Part shown: positions 15,834 through 24,946 of the stretch, one piece after another
How positions within the stretch are numbered: position 1 is the stretch's first letter
Layout: each line of letters begins with the position of its first letter
IMG/VR virus record: IMGVR_UViG_3300030330_004405
Location: 1-64,000 of that record
Direction: 5' to 3' (one strand)
DNA length: 64,000 nt
From: a virus
Taxonomy: Duplodnaviria; Caudoviricetes
Program-made: the position numbers and the translations under genes
The notes under the pieces: generated by a model
Told to the model about the DNA's origin: nothing
What the model saw: the letters and a program-made list of their open reading frames with translations, nothing else
The model's database searches: none

Positions 15834-17741
15834 ATGGCTTATAAATATCAAAGTTTAGCCGCTACAATGAGTGGTTCTCTTACTCAAGAGGGCGACTTTA
15901 CGGTTAAAGATCACTCTGGCGCTGATAAAGCTACTATCGGTATCGATGGTGCTATGTCTGGTTCGGGTGCATTATCTGCTGGTGGTAACTTGCGTACCGC
16001 TGGTACTGTACGTTTTGACGGTGTCGCTGACGCCGCTCTTGCTGTTGCTTCTGACAGCTTCTACTATCTTGATTCTGATGGACTCATGAAGAGAGATACA
16101 ATGGCTGATTACGCTACTGCTATTGCAGGCGACGGTCTCGCTGCTTCTAGTGGTGTTCTTGCTGTTGGTGTTGATGATTCGACAATCGAACTCGACTCTG
16201 ATGCACTTCGTCTTAAAGATGATGGTGTTACTGGTGCGAAACTTGCCCCAGCTGTCGCTGGTGCCGGTCTTGCTCAAGATGGTTCTGGCAACCTTGACGT
16301 TGGTGCTGCTACCAACGGTGGTATCGCTGTCAATGCCAATGACATTGGTATGGACATTAGCGATCTTGCCGCTGCTGCTATTGCCTCTGGCGACACTTTC
16401 GCTTTCGATGATTCAGGTACGACGAAGAAAGAGTCTGTCGATGATCTCGCTGCTCTTTTTGCTGGTGACGGTCTCTCGGCTTCCAGTGCAGTCATCTCGA
16501 TTGCAACTTCTGGCTCAGCACTCACAATTGCTTCTGACAAGCTTGGTATCAGCGGTTCGATCGCTGGTGACTGTCTTGACAAGGGCCCAGGTGACGGTGT
16601 CGATTCAATTCGTTCACTTCACGTTGTTGCTGATGAAAGCACAATCGAAGCTGTTGGTCGCGCTTCACTCCGCATCAAAGATGACGGTGTTACAGGTGCT
16701 AAGCTCGCTCCAGCTGTCGCTGGCGCTGGTCTTGCACAAGACGGCTCTGGTAACCTTGACGTCGGCGCTGCTACCAATGGTGGTATCGCAGTCAACGCCG
16801 ATGACATTGGCTTAGATCTTAACGATCTTTCTGCTGGCGCTATTGCTTCTGGCGATAGTTTCGCATTCGTTGACGCTAACGATTCCAACGCATCCAAGAA
16901 AGAGACTGTCGATGACCTCGCAACTCTTTTTGCGGGTGACGGTCTCTCAGCCGCTAGTGCTGTCCTTTCGGTCGCTGTTTCTGGCGCTCTTAAGGTTGCA
17001 TCCGATAAGGTCGGTATCTCCGGCTCGTTCGCTGGTACCGGTATTGGCTTCTTAGGTGGTGTCGATTCTATCTCTGGAGTTGAGCTTGACCTTAACGAGT
17101 TAAGCGCTGGTGCTATCGCTGATGGCGACTCGCTTGCTTTCATCGACGCTAACGATGCAAACGTAACCAAGAAAGAAGCTGTTGCTGATCTTGCTACATT
17201 GTTCGCTGGTGCTGGTCTCGGTGCTGCTAGCTCTGTCATCAGTGTTGCTAACGCTACCAACGGTGGTTTAGCAGTTAACGCTGACGACATGCAAGTTGAT
17301 CTTAACGATCTTGCTGCAGCTGCAGTTGACGTTGCAAACGATAGCATTGCTATCATCGACGCTAACGATAGTGACGGTTCGAAAAAGGAAAGCATTGCTG
17401 ACCTTGTAACCGCTATGGCTGGTGCTGGTCTCAGCGCTACCAGCGGTGTTCTTTCGGTCACCGGCAACAACGTTGCTCTTAAGGCTGACGGCGATACTCT
17501 TGTTGAAGGTTACAACTACTTCGCTGATGCGGGCGCTAATGCAACTGTATCGATGCCTAATGCTCCGGCGGTTGGTGACGTTGTTACAGTTAAGGCTGGT
17601 AACTTGACCAGTGGTGCTAAAATCATTATTAACAGACAAGGCTCACACACAATCGATGGTCTTACCTCGATTGAGGTTGAATCACCGTTCGGTGCTGTTA
17701 CAATGGTTTACGTTGTCGCAAACGACTGGCGAATCGTATAA
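15834..17741 (+). CDS. Repeat-rich Ala/Gly/Asp fibre-like virion protein
   Basis: MAYK start; internal repeats; shared C-terminal TIDG domain; capsid-gene-like codon bias. Confidence 0.75.
   Translation: MAYKYQSLAATMSGSLTQEGDFTVKDHSGADKATIGIDGAMSGSGALSAGGNLRTAGTVRFDGVADAALAVASDSFYYLDSDGLMKRDTMADYATAIAGDGLAASSGVLAVGVDDSTIELDSDALRLKDDGVTGAKLAPAVAGAGLAQDGSGNLDVGAATNGGIAVNANDIGMDISDLAAAAIASGDTFAFDDSGTTKKESVDDLAALFAGDGLSASSAVISIATSGSALTIASDKLGISGSIAGDCLDKGPGDGVDSIRSLHVVADESTIEAVGRASLRIKDDGVTGAKLAPAVAGAGLAQDGSGNLDVGAATNGGIAVNADDIGLDLNDLSAGAIASGDSFAFVDANDSNASKKETVDDLATLFAGDGLSAASAVLSVAVSGALKVASDKVGISGSFAGTGIGFLGGVDSISGVELDLNELSAGAIADGDSLAFIDANDANVTKKEAVADLATLFAGAGLGAASSVISVANATNGGLAVNADDMQVDLNDLAAAAVDVANDSIAIIDANDSDGSKKESIADLVTAMAGAGLSATSGVLSVTGNNVALKADGDTLVEGYNYFADAGANATVSMPNAPAVGDVVTVKAGNLTSGAKIIINRQGSHTIDGLTSIEVESPFGAVTMVYVVANDWRIV
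16215..17030 (+). repeat. Intragenic direct duplication (offset 462 nt) plus 4 copies of a DL.A.A...D..A..D..KKE...DL unit
   Basis: KDDGVTGAKLAPAVAGAGLAQDGSGNLDVGAATNGGIAVNA identical at 16215 and 16677. Confidence 0.9.
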
Positions 17742-17769
17742 TTCACCACAACCTTATGGTTGTTATTTT

Positions 17770-17801
17770 GGGTGCCCTCGAAAGGGGGCATCCTTTTTTT
17801 T
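17770..17801 (+). terminator. Intrinsic terminator
   Basis: GGGTGCCCTC-GAAA-GGGGGCATCC followed by T8. Confidence 0.9.
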
Positions 17802-17803
17802 GT

Positions 17804-17811
17804 ACTACTTA
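17804..17811 (+). promoter_or_regulatory. Putative late promoter ACTACTTA
   Basis: Directly after terminator, before Smr gene. Confidence 0.65.
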
Positions 17812-17818
17812 TTCTGTG

Positions 17819-18055
17819 ATGAATGTTTTAGATTTGCATGGCAAAACACATGCTGAAGCGCGTTTTTTGGTAGAAGAGTTTGTTCTTATTAATGAAACAC
17901 CGTTAAAAATTATTACCGGTAACTCAAATAAAATGAAAATAATAGTTAAAGAAATTGTTGAAAAACATGAAATGTATTATTATCCCGAGCACTTCAGTAA
18001 TTTTGGAGCCTACATAATACAAGATAAAACACTTAACCAATCTATTTATGGATGA
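17819..18055 (+). CDS. Stand-alone Smr-domain protein
   Basis: LDLHG...A...V..F...IITG; start reassigned to ATG 17819 because the upstream extension spans a terminator. Confidence 0.75.
   Translation: MNVLDLHGKTHAEARFLVEEFVLINETPLKIITGNSNKMKIIVKEIVEKHEMYYYPEHFSNFGAYIIQDKTLNQSIYG
18041..18048 (+). promoter_or_regulatory. Putative late promoter TCTATTTA
   Basis: 18 nt before 18067. Confidence 0.55.
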
Positions 18056-18066
18056 GAGGATAAAAA

Positions 18067-19188
18067 ATGGCTTATAACGTTCTTAAAGGTAAAGTAGAAG
18101 GCTCAGTTGACCAGTATGGAGATCAGGAGATCGATGGTGTAAAAGTCTTTAAAAACACTGTTAGTGCGAGTGTGTTCTATGACACCGATGCTCAAAGTCC
18201 TTGTGCTACAATGAAAGACGTCGCTATAACTACAATTAACGGCGGTACAAAAAACGCACTGCTGGTTTTTGAAGAAAGTGGAATTGCAAAGACTCATCAT
18301 AATTTAATTTATAAAAACGACACTCTTCAAGTTACAAGAGTCCAAGCCGCAAGCTTTATAGGTTCCGGCGCCGGATTAAAAAACATTCCGACAGACAAAT
18401 TTAGTGGTGAGATCAACGCAAATTATTTAAACCACTCATACGGATTACACGATGTACGAGGGGATTTGCAAGTAAAAGCTACTGATTGTATTAAGGTGGA
18501 TGAAGATGGCGTTGGAATATCATTAGATAGTAGCACTGGGCTCTGGCTTAAGTCTGGTAAATTAACGATCGACGCAACGAAAGCGGATCCAATTAATCTG
18601 CGTGGACAAAATTTAAGTGACAATGACCTGCTGATCGTCTCAGATATATCAGCGAATTCAACAAAAAACACAACCTTAAAAAATCTTTACGATGGTTATC
18701 TAAAATTAAAAGTACCTCATGCGGCTGGTGCTAAAGGTCAAGTTCAAATAAAGGGCGCTAATGATTTTGAGGCTTCGCCAAAATTAACATATGATTTAAC
18801 AAGCAATACGCTAAAGGTAGAAGGCAAGGTAGAAACAAAAGCAGCTAATATTGAAAAGCTTGTTTGTCAAGGAGCTGTATATCACAACATTGTTAAAACC
18901 TCTGAGCCCGTGTATCAAGTTGCTGATGATGACTACACTATACTTTGCGACTCCTCACAAAACAAAATAACCGTCCAGCTTCCTCCGCCCTGTAATAATA
19001 CAGGCAGAGTAATTGTGATCAAGAAAGCCAATACCGACCGATACAAGATTAATTCCAACACAGTTGAGGTATGCTGCGAAGAATCAAAAATCGATATAAG
19101 TGATTCTGTAATTTTAAAATCTAATTATTCTGTGCGTACGTTACAGTCAGATGGCGAAGCATGGATGATCATTAATAAAATTGGCTAA
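18067..19188 (+). CDS. Fibre/decoration-like virion protein (MAYN family)
   Basis: MAYN start; DYTILCD..LP..G...IKK..SDG..W C-terminal domain. Confidence 0.7.
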   Translation: MAYNVLKGKVEGSVDQYGDQEIDGVKVFKNTVSASVFYDTDAQSPCATMKDVAITTINGGTKNALLVFEESGIAKTHHNLIYKNDTLQVTRVQAASFIGSGAGLKNIPTDKFSGEINANYLNHSYGLHDVRGDLQVKATDCIKVDEDGVGISLDSSTGLWLKSGKLTIDATKADPINLRGQNLSDNDLLIVSDISANSTKNTTLKNLYDGYLKLKVPHAAGAKGQVQIKGANDFEASPKLTYDLTSNTLKVEGKVETKAANIEKLVCQGAVYHNIVKTSEPVYQVADDDYTILCDSSQNKITVQLPPPCNNTGRVIVIKKANTDRYKINSNTVEVCCEESKIDISDSVILKSNYSVRTLQSDGEAWMIINKIG

Positions 19189-19205
19189 AACGGAGAAAAC
19201 AATAA

Positions 19206-20645
19206 ATGGCTTATAATAGTTCTAAGGGACCACAAACTCACGGCGACGTAAAGTTCGAAGGCGATGCCGAAGATACGCAAATCGATTTTGAAACAGACTT
19301 GGTTGCACTAAAAACTAACGGCTTGCAAAGATTTATTGTGTCTGGTTCGGCAATCACAGCATCCGTAGTTTTGTCTAGTTCCGCACCAATCTCAGCGTCA
19401 GCATTTTTTGCTGGCGGTGTGGCTTTAGGTGCGCCTGCCGTAACATTATATTCAAACTCAGGCAACAACAGAATTTTAACGTCGGTTGATTCAACCACAA
19501 TTAATGGAGAATCCGCCCTAACTTTTGACGGAAGCAGATTAAGTGCTACTGGACAAATCTCGGCTTCTTTGGGAGTCACCGGCTCGTCGCTACGAACAGC
19601 CACGACTGTTATAGATGCTACACACGTATCAAGTTCACTTAATGTTTCTGGTGCTGCTTTTTACGCAAATGGCGTTTTATTAACTGGCGGCGGCGGCGCA
19701 GTTGCCAACTACACAAACTCCGGAGACAACAGAATTATTACCTCTGTAAACTCCGATACGATTAATGGTGAGTCGCGACTTACATTCAACGGAAGCACTA
19801 ACTTTTTATTCTTATCTGGTAACGCACAAATCACAAACCACGTACCAACAATCTTCTTCAGCAATAGTGCTGGTACTGGTCTGGGGCATTTCGGGTATAA
19901 CAATTCTGATAACATCTTAGTCCAAAACAATGTAACAAACAAACATATTGTTTTCAAAGCAAACGATAATGGCACCATCAGAGAAGGTTTCAGAATTGAC
20001 GGTGCTGTTCCAGAGGTGGTCGTTAATCAAGGCTCCGATTCGCTTGTTGATTTCCGAGTAGAAAGTAACGACAACACACACATGATATTCTCTGACGGAT
20101 CAGCGAACAGGGTTGGAATTAACTCTAGCGCACCAACACACACTCTTTCAGTGTCAGGTTCCACATCACTCTCAGGTAGTACGTTTGTCACTGGCTCGTT
20201 GACGGGACTTGGTCCAATCCGCGGACAACAACTCTATTACACACACCATCATTTTGCGGGCGCTAACAATAACAGCTGGTTCCCGTTCACCGGCAACATT
20301 GAATCAACTAACGCAAATGAAGTACATGCAATGGTGGTTCCACACGACGGTAGACTTGTAAAGATCCTCTTCAGGGTTGAGACCAAGCAGAACACATCAT
20401 TTACTCTTAAATTATATAAGGGAGTGGACGGTGTCAAAGAAATGGACACAGCTGGTTCTGTAGAAGTTGAAGCAATAACAGCCACGCTGCCCAACACAGA
20501 TGCAACAACAGTAACATTTGCTACTAGTGGTGCGCTCCATTATAACGCCGGCGACATCGTTGGTATTCAAATGGGTACCTTTACAGCCAACACCGGAGAT
20601 GTACAGGCAACTTGCGTTTGGGAATATGATCAATTAATCCCTTAA
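19206..20645 (+). CDS. Fibre-like virion protein (MAYN family)
   Basis: MAYN start; two NRI.TSV.S.TINGES.LTF.G repeats; RVGINSSAP.HTL fibre motif. Confidence 0.7.
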   Translation: MAYNSSKGPQTHGDVKFEGDAEDTQIDFETDLVALKTNGLQRFIVSGSAITASVVLSSSAPISASAFFAGGVALGAPAVTLYSNSGNNRILTSVDSTTINGESALTFDGSRLSATGQISASLGVTGSSLRTATTVIDATHVSSSLNVSGAAFYANGVLLTGGGGAVANYTNSGDNRIITSVNSDTINGESRLTFNGSTNFLFLSGNAQITNHVPTIFFSNSAGTGLGHFGYNNSDNILVQNNVTNKHIVFKANDNGTIREGFRIDGAVPEVVVNQGSDSLVDFRVESNDNTHMIFSDGSANRVGINSSAPTHTLSVSGSTSLSGSTFVTGSLTGLGPIRGQQLYYTHHHFAGANNNSWFPFTGNIESTNANEVHAMVVPHDGRLVKILFRVETKQNTSFTLKLYKGVDGVKEMDTAGSVEVEAITATLPNTDATTVTFATSGALHYNAGDIVGIQMGTFTANTGDVQATCVWEYDQLIP

Positions 20646-20696
20646 ACAATTTTTAGACTCTAGTATAATGTAAAAACGGACTTTGATACAAAAGAA

Positions 20697-20704
20697 ACTA
20701 TTTA
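20697..20704 (+). promoter_or_regulatory. Putative late promoter ACTATTTA
   Basis: Intergenic before scaffold/capsid. Confidence 0.7.
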
Positions 20705-20735
20705 TTTTGTATATCTGCCATTTAGGAGCAATTGA

Positions 20736-21980
20736 ATGTCAAACTTATTAAAAGAAGCTATCGTAGATGCCAAGGCACTGCGCGAGTCAGCACTTAAAAA
20801 TGCTGAAACCATTGTAATCGAAAAGTATTCGGAAGAAGTGAAAGATACTTTACAAAAACTTTTAGAGCAAGAGGACGACCTGGGTTTAGCTTTACCCGGT
20901 GAAGAAGAGCCCGCTGCAGACGCCGGCGCCGACTCTCTTGCTGCGGATCCTCTCGCTGCTGAAGAGCCTGCGCTTGACGCAGCGCCAGCAGAAGAAGAGC
21001 CTCTTGGTGCTGAAGCCGCTCCAGAGGAAGATGGCTTAGCTGATGAGGATATCCCTCTTGGCGCAACTGACGATTTTGCCAACTTAGATGGTCAAAACTT
21101 AGGTGACTTTGCTGGTGAAGGCGAAGGTCAACAACTTACAATCGACCTTGGCGCACTTCAAGAAAGCATCGAAGCACTTAAGCAGTCCATCGACGAAGAC
21201 GAAGAAGTCGACCTTTCTGAGTTTATTAACGAGGAAGAGGACGAAGAACTTAATGAAGAGGATGCTGTCGAGGCAGCTGACGAAACAATCGAAGCGGCTG
21301 AAGAAGAACTCGCCGAAGAGATGGATGATGGCGAAGACGACCTTGAAGACAAGGCTGCCGAAGCTGCAGCAGGTTCAGCACTAGACGGCATCATGAGCGC
21401 TATGTCAGAAGATGTGGACGCCGATGACCTCGTCGAGAAGATTATGGAAAAACTTACCGTTGATATGGGAGCCGACCTTGCTGGTTGGGCTGGCAGAAGC
21501 CAAGAAGATAAGAAATATCAAATGGAAAAAGAAATGGCACACCGTCGTAGCACGGATGTCGAAGAAGAATTAGAAACTTTGAAGAAAGCACAAGAAGAGC
21601 TGGTTTTCGAAAATAACCAACTTACAGAAAAGCTTTCGGATTACGAAGCAGTTTTAAGCGAATTGAAGGAAGGTCTCCAAGACACTAATCTTTCAAACGC
21701 TAGACTGTTATACACGAACCGTGTGTTGAGAAATACCTCCTTGAATGAGCGGCAAAAAGATAAAATTGCCGAAGCTATTTCAAACGCTGGTTCAGTTACA
21801 GAGGCGAAGACAATCTACGATACACTTCAAAGCACAGTGGAGGCTAAGCCACAGCGCAGTCCCAAATCACTGAGCGAAGCAATCGGTCGTCGCAATACTG
21901 TACTTCGGGCAACTCGTCAAGAGGCGCCCGCGTCCGATCCATTCCAAGATCGGATGAAAAGACTAGCTGGAATAAAATAA
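20736..21980 (+). CDS. Prohead scaffold/core protein (gp22-like)
   Basis: Very acidic, coiled coil, directly upstream of the capsid gene; ends RMKRLAGIK. Confidence 0.8.
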   Translation: MSNLLKEAIVDAKALRESALKNAETIVIEKYSEEVKDTLQKLLEQEDDLGLALPGEEEPAADAGADSLAADPLAAEEPALDAAPAEEEPLGAEAAPEEDGLADEDIPLGATDDFANLDGQNLGDFAGEGEGQQLTIDLGALQESIEALKQSIDEDEEVDLSEFINEEEDEELNEEDAVEAADETIEAAEEELAEEMDDGEDDLEDKAAEAAAGSALDGIMSAMSEDVDADDLVEKIMEKLTVDMGADLAGWAGRSQEDKKYQMEKEMAHRRSTDVEEELETLKKAQEELVFENNQLTEKLSDYEAVLSELKEGLQDTNLSNARLLYTNRVLRNTSLNERQKDKIAEAISNAGSVTEAKTIYDTLQSTVEAKPQRSPKSLSEAIGRRNTVLRATRQEAPASDPFQDRMKRLAGIK

Positions 21981-22009
21981 TCATATATAGTATAAAGGAG
22001 GTGATTTAA

Positions 22010-23893
22010 ATGTCTAGTATTATCGAAAGATTGACAGAAGGTGTTGTCAATCGTGATATGCGTGCTGAAGGTTCCGCTCTTCTTTCCAAGTGGGAGAAGA
22101 CAGGACTTCTTGAAGGTCTCAACGATGACCGTCAAAAGAACTCCATGGCACGCTTGCTTGAAAACCAAGCAAAGGAACTTCTTCGCGAAGCAAGTACTCT
22201 TGCTACTGGCGATGTTGAGGGCTTCGCTGCCGTCGCATTCCCCATCGTCCGCCGCGTCTTTGCAGGCTTGATCGCAAACGATCTTGTTTCTGTCCAACCA
22301 ATGAGCTTACCTTCCGGTCTCATTTTCTTCCTTGATTTCGTGTACTCTCCGAACATCGGTGAGTCTGGAACTCAAGCATCCCGTCTGGGTAACACTGTGG
22401 ATAAGTCCATTTACGGTACTGATAAGGTCGGTTCTCAGATCACTGGTGGTGTTAACTTGGCTGATGACTTCGGTGGTGATCCGAAAGCAGGTCAGGTTCG
22501 CGTATCCGGTCGTGGTTACGCCTACGCGTCTCCATCTGGCTCCAACATTGCTCTCACAGCTAACGCTGCTGATGGTGCTGTTGCTTCTTTAATCAGACTT
22601 GATGGCACTCTCACCGAGACCCAAGCAAAGCTGATTGATTTCGATCCAGACCTTATGGCTGAGACTGCTTCTGGTGTTATCGTTCTCGATGTCGCGGAAG
22701 ATCATCTTGCTTCTTCTTCGGAAGATCCAGATTACGGTAACCTTGGTGCTTTCTCTCTTAGAGATATTGCTGAGGACAGCACGGGTGGTAACGATCTATT
22801 AACTGCTCTTAACGCTGTTTCTGGTATCGGCACCATCGGCGCCATCACCGAGCTTCACCAGGTTCATCGCTTAACGCGCCGTGTCGCTACTGACCCCCGC
22901 GGGGCACCCTTCCAGTCTGGCTTAACAAGTCAAGCTGCTGCGGTTCGCTTCTTTATTGTCTGTGATGCCGGTACTGACCTCACGGAGACTAACACTGCTG
23001 CTGCTATCGGCGCTGCTCTTGATGCGGATAAGATTACGTTCCCAACTCAAGATCAAATCGACAACTCTAGCACTGTTGGTGCGGTTGTTGGTGATCTCTT
23101 CCCACTGGAAGCGAACGCTAGCATTCCTGAGATCGACATCAAGGTTGACAGCATTGCTGTTACCGCTCAAACGAAGAAGCTCAAGGCTAAGTGGTCTCCA
23201 GAGTTAGGTCAAGACCTTAACGCTTACCACAACCTTGACGCTGAGGTTGAGCTTACCAGCATCCTTTCGGAGCAAGTTGCTCTCGAAATCGATCGCGAGA
23301 TCCTTGCTGACCTTGTGAGCGGTGCTACTGCTGCAACCTACTACTGGTCGCGCTCTCCCGGTCTCTTCGTGAACCGCGAGACTGGTGCTGAGCTTGGTGC
23401 AACTTCGGCTGCTCCTGACTTCACCGGTACTGTGAGTGAGTGGTATGAGACTCTTGTTGAGACCATCAACGATGTTTCTGCTCAAATTCACCGCAAGACC
23501 CTTCGTGGTGGTGCTAACTTTGTTGTTTGCTCCCCTGAAGTTGCGAACATCCTTGAGTTCACTGCTGGATTCCGCGCTTCCGTCACTCACGACGACGAGA
23601 GCGGTTCTATCGGTGCAGTCAACGTTGGTTCACTGAGCAAGAAGTTTGATGTCATTGTTGACCCATACTTCCTCCGCAATGTGGTCCTCGTTGGTCGTCG
23701 CGGTAACTCTTTCCTTGAAAGCGGTTACGTGTACGCACCATACGTCCCACTGCAAACTACTCCTACGATCTTCGGACCAGAAGACTTCGTGCCACGTAAG
23801 GGTGTCATGACCCGTTACGCGAAGAAGATGGTTCGTCCAGATATGTACGGATTGGTTATCTGCCGCGGTCTTTTGGGTGAGTCAGGTTCCTGA
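22010..23893 (+). CDS. Major capsid protein (T4 gp23-like)
   Basis: VQPMSLPSGLIF, LKAKWSPELGQDL.A.H..DAE.EL..ILSE...EIDREI, YAPYVPL, GVMTRY. Confidence 0.96.
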   Translation: MSSIIERLTEGVVNRDMRAEGSALLSKWEKTGLLEGLNDDRQKNSMARLLENQAKELLREASTLATGDVEGFAAVAFPIVRRVFAGLIANDLVSVQPMSLPSGLIFFLDFVYSPNIGESGTQASRLGNTVDKSIYGTDKVGSQITGGVNLADDFGGDPKAGQVRVSGRGYAYASPSGSNIALTANAADGAVASLIRLDGTLTETQAKLIDFDPDLMAETASGVIVLDVAEDHLASSSEDPDYGNLGAFSLRDIAEDSTGGNDLLTALNAVSGIGTIGAITELHQVHRLTRRVATDPRGAPFQSGLTSQAAAVRFFIVCDAGTDLTETNTAAAIGAALDADKITFPTQDQIDNSSTVGAVVGDLFPLEANASIPEIDIKVDSIAVTAQTKKLKAKWSPELGQDLNAYHNLDAEVELTSILSEQVALEIDREILADLVSGATAATYYWSRSPGLFVNRETGAELGATSAAPDFTGTVSEWYETLVETINDVSAQIHRKTLRGGANFVVCSPEVANILEFTAGFRASVTHDDESGSIGAVNVGSLSKKFDVIVDPYFLRNVVLVGRRGNSFLESGYVYAPYVPLQTTPTIFGPEDFVPRKGVMTRYAKKMVRPDMYGLVICRGLLGESGS

Positions 23894-23913
23894 TCTAACC
23901 TAAACGGTCATTG

Positions 23914-23954
23914 AAAAGATGCCCCCTTCCCTTGTGGTTGGGGGTTTTCTTTTT
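23914..23954 (+). terminator. Intrinsic terminator after capsid gene
   Basis: GCCCCC..CC / GG..GGGGGT stem followed by T-rich tract. Confidence 0.75.
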
Positions 23955-24056
23955 GGTTTGAAAATACTAAAAATGCACATGTGCTTAAAAATTTCTCCAG
24001 TAATTTTTTCAGATTTTGGTTTTTTATGTAACAACGTGACTTTACTGGAAGATAAG

Positions 24057-24064
24057 ACTATTTA
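24057..24064 (+). promoter_or_regulatory. Putative late promoter ACTATTTA
   Basis: Intergenic after capsid terminator. Confidence 0.7.
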
Positions 24065-24126
24065 CTATTGAATTAACGATGGTGTACATCGAATTTAATT
24101 AATCATATTTAAGGAGATAAAATAAT

Positions 24127-24561
24127 ATGGCTAAAGTAGGAAGAGCATCAAGAAATTCTTCATTCATGAGAGTGGAGTCCCTTGATGGAACAGGTAACAA
24201 AACAATCGAGTCTGCAGAATCAGGCGAATTATATCTTCTGGCCGGTGATCCCGCCTCAGATAGAACAATCACGCTGCCGGCACCGAAGGCTGGCGCTTAT
24301 GTCAAGTTCTTAGTAACCGAAGAAGCGGATACTGCGGCTTGGATCATTGCAGTACCTTCAGGATTATTATTGGGAGCTGTGTTAGCTCATGTTGACTCAT
24401 CTGACGCCACAACCGATGTAGCATCAGATGCTTCAGATGATACTCAGATTACCCTAAGTGCCGACACCAACCCCGGTACTGTTCTTGAGTGTGTTTCTGA
24501 TGGAACAAACTGGATTGTCAGCGGACAAGTTATTTGTAGTGTAGTTCCGGTATTCGCATAG
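24127..24561 (+). CDS. Putative capsid decoration protein
   Basis: TITLP...G...SDGTNW domain related to the 14-19 kb proteins; follows capsid gene. Confidence 0.6.
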   Translation: MAKVGRASRNSSFMRVESLDGTGNKTIESAESGELYLLAGDPASDRTITLPAPKAGAYVKFLVTEEADTAAWIIAVPSGLLLGAVLAHVDSSDATTDVASDASDDTQITLSADTNPGTVLECVSDGTNWIVSGQVICSVVPVFA

Positions 24562-24570
24562 AGGTAACTA

Positions 24571-24861
24571 ATGGGTCGTAAAGCAAAAAGAGCTAGAGTA
24601 TTAGCAAGAAGGGCACGACTTCTGGGAACACCAGAGGTCGCTCCTGAGCCAGCACCAGTGGTCGAAGCTGCTCCCGTAGTAGAAGAAGCCCCTGTTGTTG
24701 AAGAAGCCCCGGTAGAACCAGTAGCAGAGGAAGTTAAAGCTGCCCCTGCTCCTAAGTCTGCCAAAGCAGTTAAAGCTGCAGCCAAGGCAAAGCCAAAAGC
24801 AAAAGCAACCAAAACTGTTAGCCGTAAGCGCACTGTTAAAAAAACAACCGCTAAAGACTAA
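24571..24861 (+). CDS. Low-complexity protein with APVVEE repeats and Lys/Ala-rich H1-like tail
   Basis: Composition; SD GAGG. Confidence 0.65.
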   Translation: MGRKAKRARVLARRARLLGTPEVAPEPAPVVEAAPVVEEAPVVEEAPVEPVAEEVKAAPAPKSAKAVKAAAKAKPKAKATKTVSRKRTVKKTTAKD

Positions 24862-24878
24862 ATTTAACTCCTAACTAA

Positions 24879-24911
24879 AAAAGCCCCCTGTTTTGGCAGG
24901 GGGTTTTGTTT
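24879..24911 (+). terminator. Intrinsic terminator, possibly bidirectional
   Basis: AAAAGCCCCCTG-loop-CAGGGGGTTTT. Confidence 0.85.
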
Positions 24912-24919
24912 ATGGATCT

Positions 24920-24927
24920 ACTACTTA
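24920..24927 (+). promoter_or_regulatory. Putative late promoter ACTACTTA
   Basis: Directly after terminator, before neck gene. Confidence 0.7.
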
Positions 24928-24946
24928 GTTTATAGAGGGACTATTA

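Noticed and set aside
16215-17030. Diversity-generating retroelement template/variable repeat pair
   Set aside because: Differences are synonymous rather than adenine-specific, both copies are in frame in one gene, and no reverse transcriptase is present
16619-17470. 283-aa minus-strand ORF and other long antisense ORFs (e.g. 3382-3876, 8622-9095, 28965-29453)
   Set aside because: Antisense shadows of codon-biased + strand genes; no RBS or motifs
20654-20670. TAGACT...TATAAT as a sigma70 promoter before the scaffold
   Set aside because: Spacer far shorter than 17 nt; the late motif at 20697 explains the unit
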